The translations under genes and the position numbers were made by a program. 46,759 nt of DNA, taken from positions 1 to 46,759 of IMG/VR virus record IMGVR_UViG_3300016667_000311; one strand, 5' to 3'. Numbering within the stretch: position 1 is the stretch's first letter; each line of letters opens with the position of its first letter. The stretch is from a virus (Duplodnaviria > Caudoviricetes). Shown here piece by piece: positions 9,166 to 16,617 of this stretch. The notes under the pieces were generated by a model. The model searched no databases. It saw nothing but the letters and a program-made list of their open reading frames with translations, and was not told where the DNA came from.

Positions 9166-10809
9166 TTAGTAAGAGCCTCCTCCGATAGCCTTGTAGGTGT
9201 CAGAGCCCCCGTACATGGGGTCCATGACTGCCAGATACCGAAGGGTGTCTATGGGGTCCTTGCTGGCACCCTTTTCGGCGTCCAGCCCAGTCCATTCCCT
9301 GAGGCACCAAATCAAGTTGTGGCATTTTTCGGAGATGAAAAGTTTTGGCAGGTTTACCAAAGAGACTGGCTGATTTGGGTCGTAAGAAAACCAGTCGTTG
9401 ATGATGGAAATACCTTCTTCAAGCCTGAGTCCTGCGGCTGGGGTGAAGAACATCGGGTTTTCTCCGTCGTCCAGCAATTGAATGAGAGTGGTCCCGCCTT
9501 CCTTCTGGATAATGGTGGTTCCGCCAGCACGTGGGTCGATGTACCTGTCGGCTATGACTTCGCCGTTTTCTAGGTCTAGGATGTGACGTTTGATTTCATC
9601 CAGACCCATGCCAGCACCTTGACGCTGGGCTGGCCCAGCCTTTCCGTCGTGCTTCTCTCCAGCCATCGCCCATTCGCCCATGCTGATGTCGGGCCATTCC
9701 CTGTAGATGAACTTAGAGCCGTCTGGCATCACTCTCATCCAGAGCATGAACCAATTTCTGGCACCAGCAGGGTCAACGGCCATGTAGTTCGTTCCATCGT
9801 CAGGAATTAGGTCATCTGGGATGATGCAAGCCTCGCCAAATCTGGGGAATTGTGAGCCAGAAAGCGACTCAGCCCATCCGTATGCACGAATTTTTACCTC
9901 GTAGGGCCCCCTTCCTCTAAGTGCTAACTTGATTTGTTCGAAGGGGGAGTACTTATTGAGGATTGAATGAAACCAGATTACATTGGCAGAACCCTTGCTG
10001 CATTCTGCAACGTAGGGCATGTGCCCCTTGGGGATGCTTGGGACATTCTGCGTATCTGGCAGAAGGTCTGCAAAGAGCGTTTTCTTAATCCTGCACCCAG
10101 CGACGTAGTCCTTGACGACAGGCGTGAAGCCAGTGATGGGCGTGAAGGTAAGAATCATCTTACCAGAGCGTGTGACTAGTCGGTAGCGGAGCGTCTCAAT
10201 CCAGTCCTGCGGCACAAGTTCGTCGCACCAGATGAAGTCGGGTTCGCCACCTTCGATGACCTTCTTCTCCTGCCCGTAGTTCATGAAGAAGATTTGCGAC
10301 CTATTCGGAAGGACGAACGTAGCGTCAGTGAACCCGTTTTTCTGGGAATACTGGATGTTCGTGACCTTGGTCTTCTTGGCGTTCTTGAACTCAGGGGGCA
10401 TGTACTTCCAGATGACCGCCTGTTGCATCTGGATGGAAGTCTGGGAAGTCGTGTGAAGGCACCAGACACGGCTTTCTGGCCTACTGCACAGAAGTTGCAT
10501 GACACGCTTGGCGGCATACTCGGTCTTACCCGCTCGGTTTCCACCCATGATAAGGAGTTCGTTTCCAGACATCAGGAGCCTGTCGGCTTCCGCCCAACTT
10601 TCTGGCTCGTAGCCATGTCGGTACGGGTCGTTCTGTTCGGCCTGAATCTTCTCCTCACGGCGTTTCAGGATTTCGGATACCGACTCTGCTCCCAGTTCCT
10701 GAGCCAAGTCCAAGACTTCCGCCTCGGTTGGCATCTTGATAACTGGGTGTTTTGTCAGTTCTATGCCGCAGACTGTTTCTTTTTCAAATGCCATCAGACC
10801 GCCCCCCAA
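9166..10809 (-). CDS. terL: Terminase large subunit (start may be the second Met, MAFEKE)
   Basis: Walker A GGNRAGKT, Walker B IWCDE, coupling motif LTFTP, RNase H-like nuclease AVDPAG ... KDPIDTLRY. Confidence 0.93.
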   Translation of the reverse strand: MGGGLMAFEKETVCGIELTKHPVIKMPTEAEVLDLAQELGAESVSEILKRREEKIQAEQNDPYRHGYEPESWAEADRLLMSGNELLIMGGNRAGKTEYAAKRVMQLLCSRPESRVWCLHTTSQTSIQMQQAVIWKYMPPEFKNAKKTKVTNIQYSQKNGFTDATFVLPNRSQIFFMNYGQEKKVIEGGEPDFIWCDELVPQDWIETLRYRLVTRSGKMILTFTPITGFTPVVKDYVAGCRIKKTLFADLLPDTQNVPSIPKGHMPYVAECSKGSANVIWFHSILNKYSPFEQIKLALRGRGPYEVKIRAYGWAESLSGSQFPRFGEACIIPDDLIPDDGTNYMAVDPAGARNWFMLWMRVMPDGSKFIYREWPDISMGEWAMAGEKHDGKAGPAQRQGAGMGLDEIKRHILDLENGEVIADRYIDPRAGGTTIIQKEGGTTLIQLLDDGENPMFFTPAAGLRLEEGISIINDWFSYDPNQPVSLVNLPKLFISEKCHNLIWCLREWTGLDAEKGASKDPIDTLRYLAVMDPMYGGSDTYKAIGGGSY

Positions 10810-11411
10810 GTGTCATCCAGACGAATAGGCATGCCTAGGTTAATAGCCTCTTGTGCGGTAGTCTGATAGACGCCGCCAGTAGTAGCGTACAAGTTCACCC
10901 TGACTGGGCCACAGATGTTAGGATTTCCGTACCCAATCCAAGGGTTGATTCCTCCAGCAATCGGGCTTGCGGCTGTTTTAAGGGATGTGCTGTTAAATTT
11001 AATCTGGCCGTATTGCGGGGAAACAGATGAGGAGATTTGAGACTTCTTCGATGGCTTGTTCTTGGTCTTACCATACATGTCCATCGTCTCGCCCCTGTTG
11101 TACTTTCCCCAAGTACGTTCGGTGATTCCAGCCCTCTCCATTCTTGTCTGTTCCTTGGTTTGGTATCCTTTCGTTGACTTGTATCCGATGTTTCTAAGAA
11201 CACCGCTGTCTCCAATCTCGTAGCCCTCTGGGACTATCTTGCTACTCAGCAGTCCAGCCATGCCAGCCGCCTGACTGGCATTGAAGTCATTGATTTCCTT
11301 TAGTCTAGAAGCACTAATAGCCGACAGAGAGACAGACTGCCCAGATGGCCCTTTGGTTGGGTCTAACTTGGGGTTCCCTTGTGACGGAACGTATTTGTCG
11401 TCTTCCGCCAT
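10794..11411 (-). CDS. Hypothetical protein
   Basis: 205-aa ORF co-oriented with terL and overlapping its 5' end. Confidence 0.65.
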   Translation of the reverse strand: MAEDDKYVPSQGNPKLDPTKGPSGQSVSLSAISASRLKEINDFNASQAAGMAGLLSSKIVPEGYEIGDSGVLRNIGYKSTKGYQTKEQTRMERAGITERTWGKYNRGETMDMYGKTKNKPSKKSQISSSVSPQYGQIKFNSTSLKTAASPIAGGINPWIGYGNPNICGPVRVNLYATTGGVYQTTAQEAINLGMPIRLDDTWGAV

Positions 11412-11423
11412 GTCTTGCGGGGG

Positions 11424-11933
11424 TTACTGTCCTCCCCTAGTGGCATCCTTGGCCTTAGACCAAGCGGTTCTAAACTGGTTGTTTGCGTTTGCCTGTTCAG
11501 CCTTGGAGGCTAGGTCGATTTTTTCCTGAACGCTGGAGAGTTCTTTTCCAATTTTATCGGACCTAGACTTAACCTTCTTGAGCCTCTGCTCCATTTCGCC
11601 GTACTTAGACCTGTACTCAGGGTCAAGGACCTGATGGCCGTAGTCGGCAATCTCTCTCGCCGACTTGGCTTCTTCAAAGGCATTTCTCGCCCTCATGGTG
11701 CCGCCGTTATGAGTCTCTTCGCCCATGACTTCCTTGTAAAAGTCGCTTCTGAATCGTGCGGACTGTGCCTTCACTTCTGCGTCGCCGACTCTCCCTTGGA
11801 GGCCCTTAATGAATTCGGCGTTCTTTTCCTGACCCTTGGCAAGGCCAGCGTCCACGATACGCTTTCTTTCGGAAAGCGACTCTGCAATCTTTTGCAAAGC
11901 GGACTTAGCCGCCTTTCTTTGGGCTTCGCTCAT
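11424..11933 (-). CDS. Hypothetical coiled-coil protein
   Basis: The track starts at 12008. ATG 11933 (MSEAQRK), 1 nt after the upstream stop, is the more likely start. Confidence 0.65.
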   Translation of the reverse strand: MSEAQRKAAKSALQKIAESLSERKRIVDAGLAKGQEKNAEFIKGLQGRVGDAEVKAQSARFRSDFYKEVMGEETHNGGTMRARNAFEEAKSAREIADYGHQVLDPEYRSKYGEMEQRLKKVKSRSDKIGKELSSVQEKIDLASKAEQANANNQFRTAWSKAKDATRGGQ

Positions 11934-11934
11934 C

Positions 11935-12486
11935 TTACTTGTTCTCGTTTTTCTTCTGCGTCCAGTAAGAATGGGCGGCGGCGGCGGAAGCACCAGCGGC
12001 ACCACCAAGCGTCACGGAACGACCAGCGGCGATTTCGGCCTGAGTCGGGGGAACTCTGCTGGGGTAGGGATTCATGTTCTCTTCCATCTGCTTTCTCCAA
12101 TTGCTCATCACGCCGTCTACCTTGTCGGACTTGTTGTAATCTGGAAACGAGGAAATACCTCGGTTTCTAATCAGGTCTCTTTGCTTCTTGGGCGTGTCGT
12201 AATTGTTCGATTCGAAATAAGCCTTATTTCTGGAGATTCTATCGGCATCGGGCTTGTTGCCAATCTTGCCCATGCCCTGCTCCTTCCAAATCTGCATGGC
12301 CTTGGTCATGTCTTCGGGAGAGTATTCGTCAGGCTGGAGTGCCTTTGGCAACTTACTGCCGAGTTTGTCGGCGGCGTCGAGAACTCCACGGCCAAGATTT
12401 CCGTGGAAGGTTCTTTCTGCACCAGAGACACCTTCTTTGATTTTCTTAAGGATTTCTCTGATGCCCTTTTTTTGAGGTTCTTGCAT
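11935..12486 (-). CDS. Hypothetical basic protein
   Basis: 183 aa, preceded by an A/C-rich leader (aaacaccccatcaccccaATG). Confidence 0.65.
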   Translation of the reverse strand: MQEPQKKGIREILKKIKEGVSGAERTFHGNLGRGVLDAADKLGSKLPKALQPDEYSPEDMTKAMQIWKEQGMGKIGNKPDADRISRNKAYFESNNYDTPKKQRDLIRNRGISSFPDYNKSDKVDGVMSNWRKQMEENMNPYPSRVPPTQAEIAAGRSVTLGGAAGASAAAAHSYWTQKKNENK

Positions 12487-12520
12487 TGGGGTGATGGGGT
12501 GTTTTTATTTGCGGGGAAAT

Positions 12521-12655
12521 TTAGCAACGCTTGCCGCCCCTCTGGGGCTTTTTACCTTTGGAGCGGTATTCGGGCTCGGTTTTGGCCCTACGCTCATAGG
12601 CTTCATACTTTGCAGTCTCTGCCTTCTCATGCTTCGTGTCATTCTTGTACTTCAT
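12521..12655 (-). CDS. Small basic protein, 44 aa (not in ORF track)
   Basis: Hand translation MKYKNDTKHEKAETAKYEAYERRAKTEPEYRSKGKKPQRGGKRC*. Fills the gap between co-oriented genes. Confidence 0.6.
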   Translation of the reverse strand: MKYKNDTKHEKAETAKYEAYERRAKTEPEYRSKGKKPQRGGKRC

Positions 12656-13094
12656 TTGATTTGGATTTAGTGGAAGTGCTGAAGAGTCTCTGTGCGGAGA
12701 TTGGGCGTTGCGAGCAAAAAAACGCGTTTCCCTTCATCTGAACTACAATCTCGGCACCTCGGTAGAACAGGCGGGAGTCGTACGTCTGCACTGTAATGGG
12801 GTTTCCCTTACCTTCGACGAGGGCGGTCATCAAGCGGCGATTCGGGAAGTCACACCTAACCACCTTCGCTTTGAAGGTGGTTGGGTCGATTTCGGCTGGC
12901 TTGGCCTCCTTAACGCCGAATTTCTCCAGAACCTTAGCCTTCCCCGAAGGGGAAAAAATTACAGGACACAGTTTCTCGGGCTTATCGCCCACCTGTTGCT
13001 TATCCCAGTCCACGCCTCTGGTGAGCGTCAGGCGGAAAGCCCTCAGTTCCTCCTTGGGGATGCCATAGGCCTTAATCAGTTCACTTTCCTTCAT
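12639..13094 (-). CDS. Hypothetical protein
   Basis: 151 aa, overlaps the rusA stop and the next small ORF. Confidence 0.65.
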   Translation of the reverse strand: MKESELIKAYGIPKEELRAFRLTLTRGVDWDKQQVGDKPEKLCPVIFSPSGKAKVLEKFGVKEAKPAEIDPTTFKAKVVRCDFPNRRLMTALVEGKGNPITVQTYDSRLFYRGAEIVVQMKGNAFFCSQRPISAQRLFSTSTKSKSNEVQE

Positions 13095-13572
13095 TGAGGT
13101 GCTTGCGGATTTGCTCGCAGTATTCGGAATCTATGAATTTGCAGGGTTTCACCCAGACGCCGACGAACGGCATCTTGGTGCGGAATTTCATCACCTTGCC
13201 AAAGACTATCTGGGAGTCGTCCTTCCAGAAGTTCATCTTGGTCAGGGTATCGACCATGGACTTGGCTAGGTTGTCGAAGTCGGGCTTGGTGGTCATAGGG
13301 GCGTCCTTGCCCTTGTCGGACTTGATGAGGGGGAACCCGAAATAGAGGGTGACCTCAAGGGGGCCCTCGAAGGGGACGTCGGGGGTGAAGTGGGTTGCAC
13401 GATTGGCAAACTCCTTCATCCACTTGACCACCTCGGACTTGGAGGTCTTCCCGACGAACTGGCGTCCGTCCTTGGTCCGCAGGATGCGAAGGTCTGACTG
13501 GTGGGTGGTTCGGATGGGGACAAGGTCCACCATGAACTTACGTTCGAAATAGTCGCAGTGTACGTCAGGCAC
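13081..13572 (-). CDS. rusA: RusA-family Holliday junction resolvase
   Basis: FEGPLEVTLYF, KPDFDNLAKSMVDTL and WKDDSQIV are RusA catalytic motifs. GTG 13572 is chosen as start because the longer track ORF overlaps the divergent gene. Confidence 0.88.
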   Translation of the reverse strand: MPDVHCDYFERKFMVDLVPIRTTHQSDLRILRTKDGRQFVGKTSKSEVVKWMKEFANRATHFTPDVPFEGPLEVTLYFGFPLIKSDKGKDAPMTTKPDFDNLAKSMVDTLTKMNFWKDDSQIVFGKVMKFRTKMPFVGVWVKPCKFIDSEYCEQIRKHLNEGK

Positions 13573-13573
13573 A

Positions 13574-13608
13574 GTTGACAGGTGGTTCAATGGCACATAG
13601 GAGTCAAC
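13574..13608. promoter_or_regulatory. Possible overlapping divergent promoters
   Basis: GTTGAC (13574-79) and GTCAAC (13603-08) place a TTGAC -35-like element on each strand in the 37-bp gap between divergent starts. The -10 boxes are poor. Confidence 0.35.
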
Positions 13609-13609
13609 C

Positions 13610-14230
13610 ATGGATAACGAGCGATTGAGCACTAACCCCTCTTCCCAGCATAAAGCCTCCAAGGTGCCCAAAGAGCGTAAAGCCAAGGCAGAGGCACTCC
13701 TGAGGGAAGGTAAGCCAATCCTCGAAATCGCCAAGGAGGCCAAGATGTCGCCAAATAACGTCATGGCGGTCAAAAGGGCCATGCCCGAGTCAACTGGCCT
13801 TCAGGACGAATTCAAGGCCACCACTGTCCGAAACCTCAAGAACTTCGTTCAGTCGGCTTCCCGTAAATTGGTCGATGAACTGGACAATCTGCACGTCTCC
13901 CAGATACCCATCGCCATGGGCATCGCCATCGACAAGATTCAGACCCTACAGGACCAGCCCCAAAGCGTCGTAGAACACCGATTCAGTATCTCGCATGATA
14001 CTATCAATAAACTACTTACGGAACGTGGAGAGGCCCTAAAAAAGGCCAAAGAACAGGCTATTGACGCAGAGGTTGTCGTTGAGAAGCCTGTTTCGACTCA
14101 GGCTTTTCTGGCTTGGTCTAAAAATCCGAAGAATTCCTTTTTGCCCCCACAGGAAATGTCTCCTAACCCGTTCGGCCCCAGCGGTCTAGCGGCTGAAGGA
14201 CCCCCCCGCCCCCTGAATCCTGACCAATAG
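13610..14230 (+). CDS. HTH protein, probable terminase small subunit
   Basis: N-terminal HTH (ALLREGKPILEIAKEAKMSPNNVMAVK), helical core IPIAMGIAIDKIQTL, disordered tail. I saw no other TerS candidate. Confidence 0.55.
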   Translation: MDNERLSTNPSSQHKASKVPKERKAKAEALLREGKPILEIAKEAKMSPNNVMAVKRAMPESTGLQDEFKATTVRNLKNFVQSASRKLVDELDNLHVSQIPIAMGIAIDKIQTLQDQPQSVVEHRFSISHDTINKLLTERGEALKKAKEQAIDAEVVVEKPVSTQAFLAWSKNPKNSFLPPQEMSPNPFGPSGLAAEGPPRPLNPDQ

Positions 14231-14433
14231 ACGTCGGATTCGATTTCGCACAACATGAATTATGTCTAATTGGTCCTCAATGTGAGGCCAATAGGTCAGG
14301 CTTAGACGTAATGTCAGTCAAACCAGTCATGATACCAGTTGGGGACTTGACATGGGGTGTGCTTTGTTAGGTATTACCAGTGCCCTACGCGACGCATTAA
14401 ATCGACCTAACCTAATCACGTCGTCTAAGGGGT

Positions 14434-14871
14434 CTAGGATTGGCTAGGAGGGCTTGGGTTGGCTGACATAGGCAAGGTATGGCAACTAATCCTCCAAAGG
14501 GCTTGGATGGGCACTAGGATGACCTCTGCGGCATTGTCATCTCCGCCTGATACGACACGGGAGCCATGAAGCCCCTTGGTCGAATGGCACATCCTGAGGA
14601 ACATCCTGAGGTCTTCGGTAGGCCAGACCATGGTCATGCAGTGCTTGCCGCCTAGCATGAAGTTGTGAACCCAGAAGTCGGACGTGGTGACGGCTATGCC
14701 TGAGGCCTTGCCTCGGCATCTGAACTCGAACACGGCGTTGCCTGTGGTGGCCCAAGTATCACGCTCGGTCTTCACCTCGACCTTGGCTTGGTCGGTGCCT
14801 AGCCACGTCAGCCACTTCTCACCTGCCTGACCATACTGGAGGTCGATGTCGAACTTGGCTCTGTCGCTCAT
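14434..14871 (-). CDS. PD-(D/E)xK-fold putative endonuclease
   Basis: KFDIDLQYGQAGE ... VEVKTE ... TGNAVFEF ... SGIAVTTSDFW, a pattern common in phage nuclease-like proteins. Confidence 0.7.
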   Translation of the reverse strand: MSDRAKFDIDLQYGQAGEKWLTWLGTDQAKVEVKTERDTWATTGNAVFEFRCRGKASGIAVTTSDFWVHNFMLGGKHCMTMVWPTEDLRMFLRMCHSTKGLHGSRVVSGGDDNAAEVILVPIQALWRISCHTLPMSANPSPPSQS

Positions 14872-15407
14872 TGGATTAGAGGTATGCCAAGGTCACGCAT
14901 GGAGACGTAGTGGGCAACTATCAAATCCTCGTATCGCTTGCCCTGAGAGGCCTTACGTTTGGAGAGGCTGGTCGAATAGCCCATGGCCCAGAGCGTGGCC
15001 TCGATGGAAGGACTCACCAGCAAGCGGTCAGGAGCGAAGCCGATGGGCCTTACGCCGACCATGCACTGTATCTTGGGAATGACGCTGGGCCCGAGCGAAT
15101 AGCAGACGTAGAGCAGGGAGGGGCTTGGACGGCATCCGTGATACCTGATGAACTCGTCGGTGATGGCGTCGATGAGCGTGGCCGCATAGGACTCGGCTGA
15201 CGTACGCTTGTATGCGTCATGATACGGATAGATGGGTTGGCCCTTGGCCTTGCGTAGTTTGCTGATGTCCATCCATGCGGACTGGTGTATCTGGAAGCGG
15301 CCTAGTGCTGGTCCGTCCTGATGCTTCCTGTCGCCTACCGCCAAATCGTTGTTTCCAGACTCCACCATGGAGATGCCTCCCAGAAGTATGTGCTTGTCGT
15401 AGTTCAT
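14868..15407 (-). CDS. Lysozyme-like / lytic transglycosylase (destabilase-like), candidate endolysin
   Basis: ISMVESG (catalytic Glu) ... AVGD ... ALGRFQI. Start taken at ATG 15407 (MNYDK). Confidence 0.7.
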   Translation of the reverse strand: MNYDKHILLGGISMVESGNNDLAVGDRKHQDGPALGRFQIHQSAWMDISKLRKAKGQPIYPYHDAYKRTSAESYAATLIDAITDEFIRYHGCRPSPSLLYVCYSLGPSVIPKIQCMVGVRPIGFAPDRLLVSPSIEATLWAMGYSTSLSKRKASQGKRYEDLIVAHYVSMRDLGIPLIQ

Positions 15408-15450
15408 TCTCAAGTTGCCCTGTGCATGCAGTGTGCCCAAACATTCACAC

Positions 15451-15846
15451 ATGGCGAAGAAAAAGAACAAGACGTTCAAACTGCCGAAGAGTGCTCTGGG
15501 CGAACTCATCGACGAATTCTCTGAGGCTGAAGGTGCGGTCATGTCTGTGCTGGAGCCGAGGAAATGGTATGACCACGCAATCGTGGACGTAGTGCAAGAC
15601 CCAAAGGATTGGTCGTATCACGTAATCTATGACAGGGTGATGCTGGTCTATTGGCACACGCTCATGACGTTGTATCAGGAAAACAAATACAAGACGTTCA
15701 GGTCGTTGGAAGATGGATACGCAAATGCGGACGAGCACTTCCACGACTCATGCGTTGAGTTCGTGGAGTACAACTGCATCCGTGGAATGGCCTATCAGGG
15801 GCATAATAGACCCATAATCAGGCCCAATTTGGTGAGTTTGCTTTAA
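15451..15846 (+). CDS. Hypothetical protein
   Basis: Start MAKKKNK at 15451 after the recurring cacacATG leader; divergent from the lysozyme-like gene. Confidence 0.7.
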   Translation: MAKKKNKTFKLPKSALGELIDEFSEAEGAVMSVLEPRKWYDHAIVDVVQDPKDWSYHVIYDRVMLVYWHTLMTLYQENKYKTFRSLEDGYANADEHFHDSCVEFVEYNCIRGMAYQGHNRPIIRPNLVSLL

Positions 15847-15853
15847 GTTTATT

Positions 15854-15874
15854 TCGCTGATTATCAGCGACTTA
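15854..15874. promoter_or_regulatory. Palindrome with IHF-like binding site
   Basis: TCGCTGAT-T-ATCAGCGA is a perfect inverted repeat. TATCAGCGACTTA (15862-74) fits the IHF consensus WATCARnnnnTTR. Upstream of the putative early promoter. Confidence 0.5.
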
Positions 15875-15906
15875 CGTAAATCTTCAAAGAAACAACACTT
15901 TGGAGG

Positions 15907-15934
15907 TTGCATGAGGCAACTGGACCTGCATGGT
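15907..15934 (+). promoter_or_regulatory. Putative early promoter
   Basis: TTGCAT-16 nt-CATGGT after an A-rich tract and just before a structured leader. Confidence 0.3.
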
Positions 15935-15941
15935 TGTCTGT

Positions 15942-16012
15942 GTTGGCCGCTGGGTAACACCAGTAACTGAGTAAGTCGCAAACATAGGGTTGCCATTCGG
16001 ACTCAAGCCAAC
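15942..16012 (+). ncRNA. Structured leader RNA element A
   Basis: Closing stem GTTGGC/GCCAAC with internal stems CTGG/CCAG, TGAGT/ACTCA and GCAA/TTGC. Confidence 0.45.
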
Positions 16013-16014
16013 CT

Positions 16015-16026
16015 CGCTCTTTCAAA
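16015..16026 (+). promoter_or_regulatory. boxA-like antitermination element
   Basis: CGCTCTTTCAAA versus the lambda/rrn boxA consensus YGCTCTTTAACA; lies between a structured leader and a tRNA. Confidence 0.55.
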
Positions 16027-16053
16027 TCAACAGTTCATGTAACAATTACCAAT

Positions 16054-16128
16054 GACTCGGTCGTCTAACGGATAGGACCTCTGGCTACGAACCAGATAAT
16101 GAGAGTTCGATTCTCTCCTGAGTCACCA
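16054..16128 (+). tRNA. tRNA-Arg (anticodon ACG), CCA encoded
   Basis: Acceptor GACTCGG/CTGAGTC, D arm GTCT..GGAC, anticodon arm TCTGG-CTACGAA-CCAGA, T arm GAGAG-TTCGATT-CTCTC, then ACCA. Confidence 0.95.
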
Positions 16129-16151
16129 TTTCTCACACACATGAGTACAAC

Positions 16152-16217
16152 AGGCTGGGGCCTCTGATAGTGCAAAGAGGTAAGAAGATGGGGTCATCCC
16201 ATCACCCAAGCCTACCA
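16152..16217 (+). ncRNA. Structured RNA element B (three-way junction ending in ACCA)
   Basis: Closing stem AGGCT-GGG/CCC-A-AGCCT followed by ACCA; arms CCTCT/AGAGG and GATGGG/CCCATC. Confidence 0.5.
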
Positions 16218-16293
16218 ATTAGGGCGGTCTTAGAAACTGTCCTTGGCTAACACCCTCGGGTGGCCAAAACGCCTCCATCGGAGGCTCAAATTT

Positions 16294-16357
16294 GAGGTTC
16301 CCCGCCGTGTAATGGTAGCACTACGGGACGCAAGTCGGTCTAGCATAGCCGAGCCTC
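16294..16357 (+). ncRNA. Structured RNA element D
   Basis: Closing stem GAGGTT/AGCCTC. One arm contains the tRNA D-arm-like GTGTAATGGTAGCAC; another is TCGGT/GCCGA. Confidence 0.4.
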
Positions 16358-16396
16358 TTGCAATCACCGCCAGCAATGGCACAACCAAACAACAAC

Positions 16397-16495
16397 ATGA
16401 ACAAGCACCAAATCGGCACCCTTTGGGTCGTCGCTCTAGTCCTCGACACGGCGTTTCTTATCGCCCTCTGCGTGACTATCGGCCTCCTCTGGTAA
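16397..16495 (+). CDS. 32-aa single-pass membrane peptide (not in ORF track)
   Basis: MNKHQIGTLWVVALVLDTAFLIALCVTIGLLW*. Has an A/C-rich leader after a GCCA-GCAA-TGGC hairpin and is followed by a GCCCC-TTCG-GGGGC hairpin. Confidence 0.65.
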   Translation: MNKHQIGTLWVVALVLDTAFLIALCVTIGLLW

Positions 16496-16522
16496 ATGCC
16501 AGCCCCTTCGGGGGCATCACTT

Positions 16523-16597
16523 TGTAGGTCAGACGGACGGCGTAGGGGTATGGCGTCCGTGTATGCGTAAGTCATCTCATCAATGAGCCTACATCCA
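16523..16597 (+). ncRNA. Structured RNA element E (75 nt, ends in TCCA)
   Basis: Closing stem TGTAGG/CCTACA followed by TCCA; 7-bp arm ACGGACG/CGTCCGT; CTCAT/ATGAG. Confidence 0.5.
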
Positions 16598-16617
16598 CTT
16601 TCCAAACCAACACACAC

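Noticed and set aside
13573-13782. N-terminal extension of RusA given by the ORF track
   Set aside because: It overlaps the divergent TerS-like gene; RusA similarity starts later. Track starts were likewise shortened for the ORFs at 12008, 15415, 15542, 17255, 17890, 24169 and 45710.
16152-16285. Possible hammerhead or twister ribozyme in elements B and C
   Set aside because: The CUGANGA/GAAA core and the twister pseudoknot residues are not present in the correct arrangement.
16294-16357. Resemblance to a c-di-GMP-I riboswitch (GGGACGCAA...GGTCTA...ATAGCCG) or to a tRNA-Gln 5' half
   Set aside because: Lacks the upstream GGCAAAC/GNRA arm of the riboswitch and has no T arm or acceptor 3' strand. 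Kept only as an unclassified structured element.
16243-16527. 94-aa + strand ORF across the RNA array
   Set aside because: TTG start, no A/C leader, atypical composition. The region is better explained by structured RNA and the 32-aa peptide in another frame.
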